A stretch of 64,000 nucleotides of DNA from an uncultured bacterium (GTDB lineage: Bacteria; Fidelibacterota; Marinisomatia; Marinisomatales; JACNKV01), in NCBI GenBank assembly GCA_964388155.1, contig CAYLYH010000003.1, positions 24,268 through 88,267 on the forward strand, given 5' to 3'. Each line of letters begins with the position of its first letter. Positions within the stretch are counted from its first letter, which is position 1. The position numbers and the translations under genes were made by a program. Below, piece by piece: positions 27,000 through 35,488 of this stretch. The notes under the pieces are model-generated. The model had not been told where the DNA came from, searched no databases, and saw only the letters and a program-made list of their open reading frames with translations.

Positions 27000-28061
27000 T
27001 TATTGAACTTTCAATTTCTCCTGTTGATCTGCCAATTGCAACTGTTCGGTGAGGTCGCTTAAATCACCATCCAGCATCGCCTCTAGTTGGTGAGTAGTAT
27101 AATTAATTCTGTGGTCTGTAATTCTGCCTTGTGGAAAATTATAGGTCCGGATTTTTGCGGAACGATCTCCGGTAGAGACAAGGGACCTTCTCTTTTGTGC
27201 CCTTTCTTTTGCAATACGCTCTTGCTCAAGAGAAAGTAATCGAGAGCGCAATACTTTCATGGCGGCTGCTCGATTCTTGTGCTGCGAAGATTCATCCTGG
27301 CAGGTAACAACCAATCCGGTGGGAAGATGAGTAATCCGTATGGCAGATTCTGTTTTATTTACATGCTGCCCTCCGGCGCCGCTTGCTCGATATGTGTCAA
27401 TTTTGAGTTCTGTTTCTTTGACGTCCACATCGGCTGCTTTTGCTTCGGGCAATACGGCTACGGTTGCCGCAGACGTATGAAGCCGCCCGCTGGTTTCCGT
27501 TTTAGGCACTCGCTGAACACGATGGACACCACTCTCGTATTTTAAATGCCCGTAAACCCCTTCTCCTTTTACAGAAAAAATAACTTCTTTAAATCCGCCA
27601 AGACCGGTTTCGTTCAGGTTCATCACCGAACATGTCCATCCGGTTCGTTCGGCATAACGTGTGTACATTCTATATAAATCTGATGCAAATAATGCGGCTT
27701 CTTCTCCGCCGGTTCCGGCACGTATTTCAACAATGGTGTTTTTATCATCTGTCGGGTCACGGGGAAGCATTAACCTTTTTAAATGATCTTCTAACTCGGT
27801 TTTTTCTGATTCAAGTTCAGGGAGCTCTTCTTTAACTAAGGACTTGAGTTCTTCGTCATTTCCGCTTAGGATGGCTTGGTCTTCTTCAATCTGTTGTAAC
27901 ACGGACAGAAGTTGGTTTCCTTTTTCAACAATGGGTTCCAGGCGACGTCGTTCTTGTGCAATTTCCCGAACACTATTCTGATCCGCAAGAATCTCGGGGT
28001 CTGTCAATTGTAATGTGAGTTCTTCGAACTTTTCAAGAACATGGGTAACTTTATCCTTCAT
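27000..28061 (-). CDS. prfA: Peptide chain release factor 1
   Basis: [16 protein letters not shown] (GGQ) and a PxT-type tripeptide (PKT). Confidence 0.95.
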   Translation of the reverse strand: MKDKVTHVLEKFEELTLQLTDPEILADQNSVREIAQERRRLEPIVEKGNQLLSVLQQIEEDQAILSGNDEELKSLVKEELPELESEKTELEDHLKRLMLPRDPTDDKNTIVEIRAGTGGEEAALFASDLYRMYTRYAERTGWTCSVMNLNETGLGGFKEVIFSVKGEGVYGHLKYESGVHRVQRVPKTETSGRLHTSAATVAVLPEAKAADVDVKETELKIDTYRASGAGGQHVNKTESAIRITHLPTGLVVTCQDESSQHKNRAAAMKVLRSRLLSLEQERIAKERAQKRRSLVSTGDRSAKIRTYNFPQGRITDHRINYTTHQLEAMLDGDLSDLTEQLQLADQQEKLKVQ

Positions 28062-29020
28062 CCGATTGCCTCCGCAGTATATTCTTGTCTGGCTATCTCT
28101 TCGTAACGTTCTCCAAATGCAGACTGTAATGACGTAATTGCCACCTCTACCATGTCGTCATCCGGTTGTTTGGTTGTTATTTTTTGCAACCAAAGTCCCG
28201 GTTTCCGAAGTACCCGAAACAAAATACCCTCGTTTTTAGACGTGAGCTTAATAACTTCATATCCAACGCCCGCCACCAAAGGAATAAACGGCAAGTGCAC
28301 ACCAAGTCGAACGGCTAAACTCATGTTCCCGACAGCGGCAATAACCAGTGTGTCAAGGATGGCAAAAACAAGTATCGCTGTTACCAAAACAATAAACATG
28401 AAGCTCGTGCCGCATCTTGGATGAGGTGTCGGGAAGTTTTGAGCGTTTTTTATATTGATGTCTTTTCCCGATTCAAAATTATAAACAACCTTGTGCTCTG
28501 CTCCGTGATATTGAAAAAGTCGCTTAACGTCTTTTAGCATTGAGATGATAAATAAGTAGAGCAGGAAAAAGGAGATTCTCATTGCTCCGGCAGCCACATT
28601 AAAAAGCAGTGCTTGTTTCCCTACGCCGAGCACGTGAGTGGTAATCCAGTAGGGGGCAATCATAAATAAAACTATTGCTAACACAATAGCAAAACCCATA
28701 GACAGCCAGTCTGCAATTTTACTGGGTTCTTTTTCGGCTTCTTCCGGCATCGCAACGTCGGCGGACCATTGAAGTGTTTTCATACCCATTTTCATGGCTT
28801 CATACAGAGATGCCATCCCTCTGAAAATCGGTCGTTTCCAAAAGCGTGATTTTTCTGTCACGGATGTAAACTCGTGTCGCTGGAGTTTAATCTGTCCTTT
28901 GGGGTCTCGCACGGCGGTTGCATACGCCCCGGGAACACGCATCATAACGCCTTCAATTACAGCTTGCCCACCAACAAGGATTGACGGTTTCATCAAGGTT
29001 ATAAGAATGGATTGCTTCAT
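28058..29020 (-). CDS. DUF1385 family membrane protein
   Basis: [14 protein letters not shown]-terminal signature and the HGAEHK motif. Conserved position between rpmE and prfA. Confidence 0.8.
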   Translation of the reverse strand: MKQSILITLMKPSILVGGQAVIEGVMMRVPGAYATAVRDPKGQIKLQRHEFTSVTEKSRFWKRPIFRGMASLYEAMKMGMKTLQWSADVAMPEEAEKEPSKIADWLSMGFAIVLAIVLFMIAPYWITTHVLGVGKQALLFNVAAGAMRISFFLLYLFIISMLKDVKRLFQYHGAEHKVVYNFESGKDINIKNAQNFPTPHPRCGTSFMFIVLVTAILVFAILDTLVIAAVGNMSLAVRLGVHLPFIPLVAGVGYEVIKLTSKNEGILFRVLRKPGLWLQKITTKQPDDDMVEVAITSLQSAFGERYEEIARQEYTAEAIG

Positions 29021-29084
29021 GGATAAAAAAATGGCTTCAGTAGACGTGAAAAACGACTGAAGCCATTTAATGTTTTTATTCCGG

Positions 29085-29294
29085 TTATTGAGTGGCTTTT
29101 TTTCCGTATTTCCGTTGGAACTTTTCGATACGTCCGGCGGTATCTACCAGTTTTTGTTTCCCTGAGAAAAATGGGTGGCACTGGTTACAGATGTCTATCC
29201 GCTGGTCGCCCAGGGTACTATACACTTCAAATGTGTTTCCGCAAGCGCAGTGAACATGGCCTAATTTATATTCCGGATGGATTTTTTGTTTCAT
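29085..29294 (-). CDS. rpmE: 50S ribosomal protein L31
   Basis: MKQKIHPEY..., [23 protein letters not shown]. Confidence 0.95.
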   Translation of the reverse strand: MKQKIHPEYKLGHVHCACGNTFEVYSTLGDQRIDICNQCHPFFSGKQKLVDTAGRIEKFQRKYGKKATQ

Positions 29295-29341
29295 CCTGTT
29301 AACTCCTGTTATTCAATTTTTGTTTTATCAATCTGATAAAT

Positions 29342-29366
29342 GAGGGTGAAATACAGCGTCACCCTC
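29342..29366 (-). promoter_or_regulatory. 8-bp hairpin in the rpmE 5' leader (possible autoregulatory structure)
   Basis: GAGGGTGA-n9-TCACCCTC, about 50 nt upstream of the rpmE start and upstream of its AGGAG. Confidence 0.25.
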
Positions 29367-29513
29367 TTTCAGAGAGCAATAAATTTAATGATTTTTGACA
29401 ATTATGTTGCTATATAATTTCAAATTCTTTCAAATCCAAATTTTTCTTGTTTTTCCTTTGAAAAAGAATGCTTAGTCTTCACCCACTATTTTTAATGATA
29501 ATAGGAGAATTTC

Positions 29514-30059
29514 GTGGATAAAAAATCTAGCTTCACAAAAAACGAACTGATGGATGTGGCAGAAGGCAAAACATTTGGAATGGAAAATGGGAAACTACCT
29601 ACGCCTCCAATGCTAATGATTGACCGTATACTACACATCACAGAAAAAGGCGGTAAGTATGGAAAAGGACTGATAAAAGCAGAGTTGGATATTAATCCTT
29701 CTAATTGGTTTTTCAGCTGCCATTTTAAAGGGGATCCTGTCATGCCCGGATGCTTAGGGTTAGATGGATTTTGGCAGTTGGTAGGGTTCTTTTTATCGTG
29801 GATTGGCGGAAATGGCCGCGGGCGTGCTTTAGGGGTTGGTGATGTCAAATTCAAAGGACAGGTTCGTCCATATCATGACAAAGTCACCTATCTCATAGAC
29901 ATTAAAAAAGTCATTCAGCGACCCGTATATATGGCGTGGGGTGATGCACAATTAAAAGTAAAAGACAAAATAATTTATTTTGCGAAAAACTTACAGGTCG
30001 GATTGTTTGATAACCTTACCTATGATTTTGGTGGAGATCCGTCTTTGGACACTTTTTAA
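29514..30059 (+). CDS. fabA: 3-hydroxydecanoyl-ACP dehydratase/isomerase
   Basis: GTG start after AGGAG. LPTPPMLMIDRI, CHFKGDPVMPGCLGLDGFWQLVGFFLSW, GRALGVGDVKFKGQV. Confidence 0.85.
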   Translation: MDKKSSFTKNELMDVAEGKTFGMENGKLPTPPMLMIDRILHITEKGGKYGKGLIKAELDINPSNWFFSCHFKGDPVMPGCLGLDGFWQLVGFFLSWIGGNGRGRALGVGDVKFKGQVRPYHDKVTYLIDIKKVIQRPVYMAWGDAQLKVKDKIIYFAKNLQVGLFDNLTYDFGGDPSLDTF

Positions 30060-30169
30060 CTTATTGCCATAACGGATCTCGAAAAAATCGGGATGTAAAC
30101 ATACATAATTCGCATGGGCTTATTCAATAACAGTGTGAACAAACTGTAGTCTTTCTGCCGGTTTAAATA

Positions 30170-30255
30170 TAAAGCCCTTAACCTCAGCCCCGACTAAGTC
30201 GGGATTTCCTGCCCTTCCGGCAGGCGAGTGATTTGCTCAACCTTAGCCTTGGTTA
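30170..30255. repeat. Hairpin repeat flanked by inverted AAGGTTGAG/CTTAACCTC-type arms
   Basis: CTTAACCTCAGCC...CCTGCCCTTCCGGCAGGCG...CTCAACCTTAGCC. The arm and core motifs are related to those at 576-660 and 20053-20177. Confidence 0.4.
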
Positions 30256-30259
30256 AAAT

Positions 30260-30862
30260 TTATTCGTCCTCGTCCTCTTCGTCGTCTTCATCTTCTTCCC
30301 ACTCGTCCTCTTCTTCATAAAATTCCGGTGGGTAGGCATACATCGGATGGGGATAATCTTCGTAATTCTCTTCTGTGTTTTCTTCTTTGGAAGCTGCCAG
30401 TTCTTGTTTGATCACAATAATTCTGGGATCTTTTTCCTCTTTTTCAACTTGGTCAATGGCAGTTTGAACCCATTCCTTTTCTTTTGGAGAAAGTCCGGGA
30501 GTGGGTGCGGAGGAGTCTCTTTTGTTAAATAATAAGCCAGTTAACACAGCAAACAAGAGCACCATCAGTCCAAAAAGGGCGCCTTCTTCCCGGATGACGT
30601 ACCCACCAAACTTAGTTTGTTCAAGCCCAAATTGCAGGAAAACCGCAATGGACATTAAAATTCCAAACAAGATGATGAGCCTGCCTGCAATGTCCGGTAA
30701 TGTGCTTTCCATAATAAAACTATAAAGCACCCAACCCAAAACCCCAATGATCGCAAAAATGATGGCAAGTATGAAATTCTCTGCAAAAAGAGACAGAACA
30801 AAACCGACGATTGCGGCAATGGGTATGAGATACCCAACTCCTGTTTTTATATCATTCCCCAT
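30260..30862 (-). CDS. Membrane protein (4-5 TM) with polyacidic C-terminal tail
   Basis: Hydrophobic N-terminal 110 aa. Tail YEEEDEWEEDEDDEEDEDE. Confidence 0.5.
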   Translation of the reverse strand: MGNDIKTGVGYLIPIAAIVGFVLSLFAENFILAIIFAIIGVLGWVLYSFIMESTLPDIAGRLIILFGILMSIAVFLQFGLEQTKFGGYVIREEGALFGLMVLLFAVLTGLLFNKRDSSAPTPGLSPKEKEWVQTAIDQVEKEEKDPRIIVIKQELAASKEENTEENYEDYPHPMYAYPPEFYEEEDEWEEDEDDEEDEDE

Positions 30863-31011
30863 GTATTTACTCCTGTGATTTAATAATTCTTATCAAATAG
30901 ATGATGTAAAATTGCCGTAATTATTGACGAAAATCAAGTGAATTCATTTCTTTTCCTTATCGGGTAATTTCCAGTAAACTTGGGTACGATTAAACATAAA
31001 AGAAAGATACA

Positions 31012-31998
31012 ATGAACCCTATTCTTAAACCACGAATCGGTGTTGTTGGCGTTGGTCACTTAGGTCAGCACCACGTTAAACACTATCAAAAACTTTCTTC
31101 CGCAACGCTGGTGGGGGTCTTTGACACAGATATGAATCGCGCCAACGAAATTGCCTCCACTTATGATACCACTGCATTTCCCTCCGTCAATGAGCTTTTG
31201 AATTCCTGCGATGCTGTGTCTATCGTAACTCCGACGGTTCAGCATGCTTCTGTTGCAGAGACATGTATCCGTGCAGGAAAACACGTCTTTATCGAAAAAC
31301 CTATTACAACAACCGTTGATGAAGCCGACACCCTAATTCACCAAGCTGATAAAAACGGAGTCATTATTCAAGTAGGACATATCGAAAGATTGAATCCTGC
31401 ACTCCGTGCGTTAGGTGATTACGCGTTGAATCCAAAGTACATCGAGGTTCAGCGGTTGGCGCCGTACACCGCACGCGGTACCGATGTCCCGGTTGTACTG
31501 GACTTAATGATCCACGATATCGATATTATTTTGGCTTTGGTGAGTTCCCCCGTGAAAAGCATTCACGCCAGCGGTGTATCGCTCATGACTGACTCTGTAG
31601 ACATTGCCAATGCCCGGATTCGTTTCGAAAACGGGACGGTTGCCAGTATGACTTCCAGCCGTATTGCCAAGGATAAAGTCCGCAAAACGAAGATTTTTCA
31701 AAAGGACATGTATGTGACGATCGATTTTCTTTTAGGGCTCACAGAAGTATACCGAGTCATGTCGGATAAAAATCCAAAAGCTATTCTTACGGCACCGCTT
31801 AGTGAAGAAAACAATCACCGTGAAATTGCCTATGAAAAACCGCCTGTGATTTCGGCTGATGCCATGCAGCTCGAACTTGCAAACTTTATTGCATCTATTC
31901 AGGGAAAAGAAATCCCAATCGTTGACGGAATCGCCGGCCGGGAAGCACTGGATCTTGCTATTCAAATTCATGATATGATTCTGGAGGATATCCATTGA
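31012..31998 (+). CDS. Gfo/Idh/MocA family NAD-dependent oxidoreductase
   Basis: Rossmann motif IGVVGVGHLGQHH and the EKP motif FIEKP. Lies at the head of the lipid A gene string. Confidence 0.8.
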   Translation: MNPILKPRIGVVGVGHLGQHHVKHYQKLSSATLVGVFDTDMNRANEIASTYDTTAFPSVNELLNSCDAVSIVTPTVQHASVAETCIRAGKHVFIEKPITTTVDEADTLIHQADKNGVIIQVGHIERLNPALRALGDYALNPKYIEVQRLAPYTARGTDVPVVLDLMIHDIDIILALVSSPVKSIHASGVSLMTDSVDIANARIRFENGTVASMTSSRIAKDKVRKTKIFQKDMYVTIDFLLGLTEVYRVMSDKNPKAILTAPLSEENNHREIAYEKPPVISADAMQLELANFIASIQGKEIPIVDGIAGREALDLAIQIHDMILEDIH

Positions 31999-32576
31999 AT
32001 TTAAACAATCTTAGACAGGCTTTTTTCAAATACAGAAGCTATACTCCCATTCCTTTAGCTGTTGGAATTCTTGTGTATTCAAAGCCGGATTTTTCCATAA
32101 TGTGGTTTGGGTTTCTGGTTCTGCTTTTTGGGGAATTTATTCGGTTTTCATCTGTGCGTTATGCCGGGGGAGCAACTCGAACAACCAAAATCGGAGCGCC
32201 GTCTTTGTGCACAGCAGGACCATACGCACATGTCAGAAATCCGCTTTATGTCGGAAATATGTTAATGTACACCGGCATCGTTTTCATTGCCGGGTCTCAA
32301 AATATTTGGATAATGTTAGGCTTCACATGGGCATTTTTTATCCTGCAATACTCACTTATTGTTTCCTTAGAAGAAGAAACCTTAGAAGGTCTGTTTAGCG
32401 TAGACTATCTCACATACAGGCAAAACGTCCCCTCACTGATCCCGAGACTTCGTCGCTGGGAAAATACCGACACTCGCACACCACTTTCTTTTTACAAAAC
32501 ACTTAAAACAGAAAAGCGCACGCTTCAAAATGTATTGTTGATCTTGATTCTAATATTTTTGCGTAATTACATTTAA
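31995..32576 (+). CDS. ICMT/PEMT-family membrane methyltransferase
   Basis: GPYAHVRNPLYVGN motif and about 5 TM. The start overlaps the upstream stop by 4 nt. Confidence 0.75.
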   Translation: MNLNNLRQAFFKYRSYTPIPLAVGILVYSKPDFSIMWFGFLVLLFGEFIRFSSVRYAGGATRTTKIGAPSLCTAGPYAHVRNPLYVGNMLMYTGIVFIAGSQNIWIMLGFTWAFFILQYSLIVSLEEETLEGLFSVDYLTYRQNVPSLIPRLRRWENTDTRTPLSFYKTLKTEKRTLQNVLLILILIFLRNYI

Positions 32577-32672
32577 TTTTATGAATAGAACACAGATAAC
32601 ACCGATTGAACGGATTAACGCGGATAAAAACAAAAGAACACATCACCTGCTCAACATCAAAACCGATTAATA

Positions 32673-33791
32673 ATGTGTGATAAAAAAGTATTCTTTCTTG
32701 TCGCCGGTGAAGAATCAGGTGACTTGCATGGTGCAAAACTGATTGAAGCCCTGCGTGTTGAATTTCCGAATTCTGAATTTATCGGTCACGGCGGTGAAAG
32801 AATGCGTCGTCAAGGCATGACCATCCTTGAGCATATTTCATCATTATCAATGATGGGGTTTACAGAGGTTATTCGTCATTTACCGTATATAATGCGTGTT
32901 ATGAAAAAAACACTTAACAAAATAAAAAAGGTTAACCCCGACCGAATTATTTTAATTGACTACCCGGGATTCAATCTCAGGCTTGCAAAAAAACTGGCGG
33001 GATTTGATATCCCCGTAATCTATTTTATTTTACCGCAAGTTTGGGCATGGAAAGAAAAACGTATCAACATTTTGAAAGATTACACAGACCAACGCCTAAG
33101 TATTTTTCCGTTTGAGAAGCCTTGGTTTACTGAGCGTGACATCGATGTGGATTTTATCGGACATCCTTTTTCTATGCTAAAACCGGCAAACATTACCAAA
33201 GATGGGTTTTTTGCAAAACACAATCTCAACCCAAACAATCCTTTGCTCGTTTTGCTTCCGGGTAGCCGACAGCAGGAGATAGGACGTCACTGGAAGGTGT
33301 TCTTAAAAACCGCTCAGCGGTTAAAAGACTCATATCCTTTTTTGCAGATTATTGTCGGTAAAGCCGAAGGAATTACGTTAAATCCGCTCCCGGAATATAT
33401 TCAAACAGAAACAAATTCCCGCTTGACGTTGCAATTCGGAACGGCGGCGTTAGCATCCTCCGGGACGGTTACCTTAGAGGCAGCTGTTTTGGATTGCCCG
33501 GTTGTCGTAACCTATAAACTGTCTGCCATAACGTGGCAGATTGCCAAACGAATTGTGAGGGTGAGGTATGCTTCCATCGTCAACCTAATCGCCGACAAAG
33601 AGGTTGTCCCTGAATTCCTCCAAGAGGACATGACTCCCGACAATCTTTTCAACGCCCTAACACCGCTCGTGTCTAATACTCCTCAAAGGCGAAAAATATT
33701 GACAGACTTTTTGGCTATACGCAGTCGTCTTGGGAAAAAAGACGTCTATCAACATGCTGCTATATTGATTAGAAAGAAACATCTGTCATGA
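32673..33791 (+). CDS. lpxB: Lipid-A-disaccharide synthase
   Basis: FLVAGEESGDLHGAKLIEAL N-terminal signature; length and C-terminal blocks typical. Confidence 0.9.
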   Translation: MCDKKVFFLVAGEESGDLHGAKLIEALRVEFPNSEFIGHGGERMRRQGMTILEHISSLSMMGFTEVIRHLPYIMRVMKKTLNKIKKVNPDRIILIDYPGFNLRLAKKLAGFDIPVIYFILPQVWAWKEKRINILKDYTDQRLSIFPFEKPWFTERDIDVDFIGHPFSMLKPANITKDGFFAKHNLNPNNPLLVLLPGSRQQEIGRHWKVFLKTAQRLKDSYPFLQIIVGKAEGITLNPLPEYIQTETNSRLTLQFGTAALASSGTVTLEAAVLDCPVVVTYKLSAITWQIAKRIVRVRYASIVNLIADKEVVPEFLQEDMTPDNLFNALTPLVSNTPQRRKILTDFLAIRSRLGKKDVYQHAAILIRKKHLS

Positions 33792-34432
33792 TAAACAAAT
33801 TTTTCTATACTATTAAAGTCATTATAGTAACCTGGTTAATCCGTTTTTTCTATAAAACCAACCATTGGAACATCCAAGGGCGAGAACAAATAGACGAATT
33901 ATTGAAAGAGGGGCGTTCCATCATCATTGCAAGCTGGCATGGACAGTTATTGCCAACGTTTATGAGTCTTGCAGAATGCGGATATTACGGCCTCGCCGGA
34001 ATGCATAAAGATGCCGAATTGATTTCTCAATTTGGGGAGCGCATCGGATGGAAACTCCTGCGCGGGTCAAGCTCCGATCGAGGAAAAGAAGTCTATTTGG
34101 AAATGGTCAAGGTGCTAAAAACTCCCGGATCTGTCGTTGCGTTGACTCCGGATGGACCGAAAGGCCCAGCCCGCATCCCAAAACCGGGGGTGATTCGCGC
34201 CGCACAAAAAACAGGAGCAGTAATCATCCCGGCAATGGGGCAATCTACCAAACATTGGGCATTTACAAACTGGGATACCTTTTACGTTGCCAAACCGTTC
34301 GGACGGATTGAAATGCTTTACGGTGAACCCCTTTATTTTTCAGAAGAGGACGATTATAAGTCCTGCGCAGAAACATTGCGGAAGGCCTTAAATGCTTTGG
34401 CAGAAACTGTGGATAATTCAATAAAAATATGA
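33788..34432 (+). CDS. DUF374 family protein (lysophospholipid acyltransferase-like)
   Basis: ASWHGQLL and TPDGPKGPA motifs. Overlaps lpxB and lpxK by 4 nt each. Confidence 0.8.
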   Translation: MINKFFYTIKVIIVTWLIRFFYKTNHWNIQGREQIDELLKEGRSIIIASWHGQLLPTFMSLAECGYYGLAGMHKDAELISQFGERIGWKLLRGSSSDRGKEVYLEMVKVLKTPGSVVALTPDGPKGPARIPKPGVIRAAQKTGAVIIPAMGQSTKHWAFTNWDTFYVAKPFGRIEMLYGEPLYFSEEDDYKSCAETLRKALNALAETVDNSIKI

Positions 34433-35460
34433 TGCGGTTTTTCCTGTTTCCGTTTTCAGTTACCTATGCTTTCTTTGTCGGTTTTAGAAATCTGTTTTAT
34501 GATATTGGCTTCTTCAAAACAAAAATACTACCGTGTTGTGTCATCAGCATAGGAAATCTCACAGTAGGCGGCACCGGAAAAACACCCACTGTAATCGCGT
34601 TGGCAAAACATCTTTTGAAGTGCGGAATCTCTGTGGTGGTTCTGAGCCGCGGTTACGGTCGTAATTCAACCGGGACAGTTGTCGTTTCTGATGGAAACAA
34701 TATTTTGCAGGATTGGCAAACCGCCGGAGATGAACCGGTTTTAATAGCAGAAAAATTACCCGACGTTCCGGTGATTGTTGATGAAAATCGATTCCGCGGT
34801 GGAATGGAGATTGTTAAGAAATTCAATCCGAAGGTGATTATTTTAGATGACGGCTTTCAGCATCGCGCTCTTCATCGGGATTTAAATATCCTGTTGGTTA
34901 ACAGCCAATTTCACCGCAAAGATAAATACTTATTGCCTACCGGAAATCTCAGAGAATCATGGGGTCAGATAGCTCGTGGTGACATGATTTTTCTAACTAA
35001 AACAAATTTATTTGAACAAAATAGCAGGTTGGCTGCCAAATTAAATTCGTTTAACAATCCGGTTGTTAGCACGACGCTGGAATTAGATATAAAACTGAAT
35101 ACTGGTTTCAATCGGGATTTACCATTAAGTACTCTGAAAAATAAACGTGTTCTAGCTGTATCCGCATTGGGATCACCAAAAGGATTTGAGCAATCGTTGT
35201 CAGAAACCGGTGCTGTCGTTGCCGATCACTTAGTGTTTCGGGATCATCATAAATTCACCCAAGCAGATATTGAAAAAATTCACAATAAAAAGGTGAACAC
35301 AGGTTCAGAGTTGATCATTACGACGGAAAAGGATTTTATTAAACTAAAACACCTTGTTCCGAAAAACCTTACAATCTATGCTCTGCCAGTTATAGTTGTG
35401 ATTCCTGAAGAAATTTTGACAACAATCATTTCACAGATACCCAATAACCTTAGCTCCTGA
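34429..35460 (+). CDS. lpxK: Tetraacyldisaccharide 4'-kinase
   Basis: SIGNLTVGGTGKTP P-loop and the DDGFQH motif. Confidence 0.9.
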   Translation: MMRFFLFPFSVTYAFFVGFRNLFYDIGFFKTKILPCCVISIGNLTVGGTGKTPTVIALAKHLLKCGISVVVLSRGYGRNSTGTVVVSDGNNILQDWQTAGDEPVLIAEKLPDVPVIVDENRFRGGMEIVKKFNPKVIILDDGFQHRALHRDLNILLVNSQFHRKDKYLLPTGNLRESWGQIARGDMIFLTKTNLFEQNSRLAAKLNSFNNPVVSTTLELDIKLNTGFNRDLPLSTLKNKRVLAVSALGSPKGFEQSLSETGAVVADHLVFRDHHKFTQADIEKIHNKKVNTGSELIITTEKDFIKLKHLVPKNLTIYALPVIVVIPEEILTTIISQIPNNLSS

Positions 35461-35488
35461 TTAAATAAAAAGGGGATTTAAAAAACCA

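Noticed and set aside
29395-29418. TTGACA followed by TATAAT upstream of fabA, as a sigma-70 promoter.
   Set aside because: The spacer is only about 12 nt by my count, far from the 16-18 nt optimum. It is not reported as a feature.
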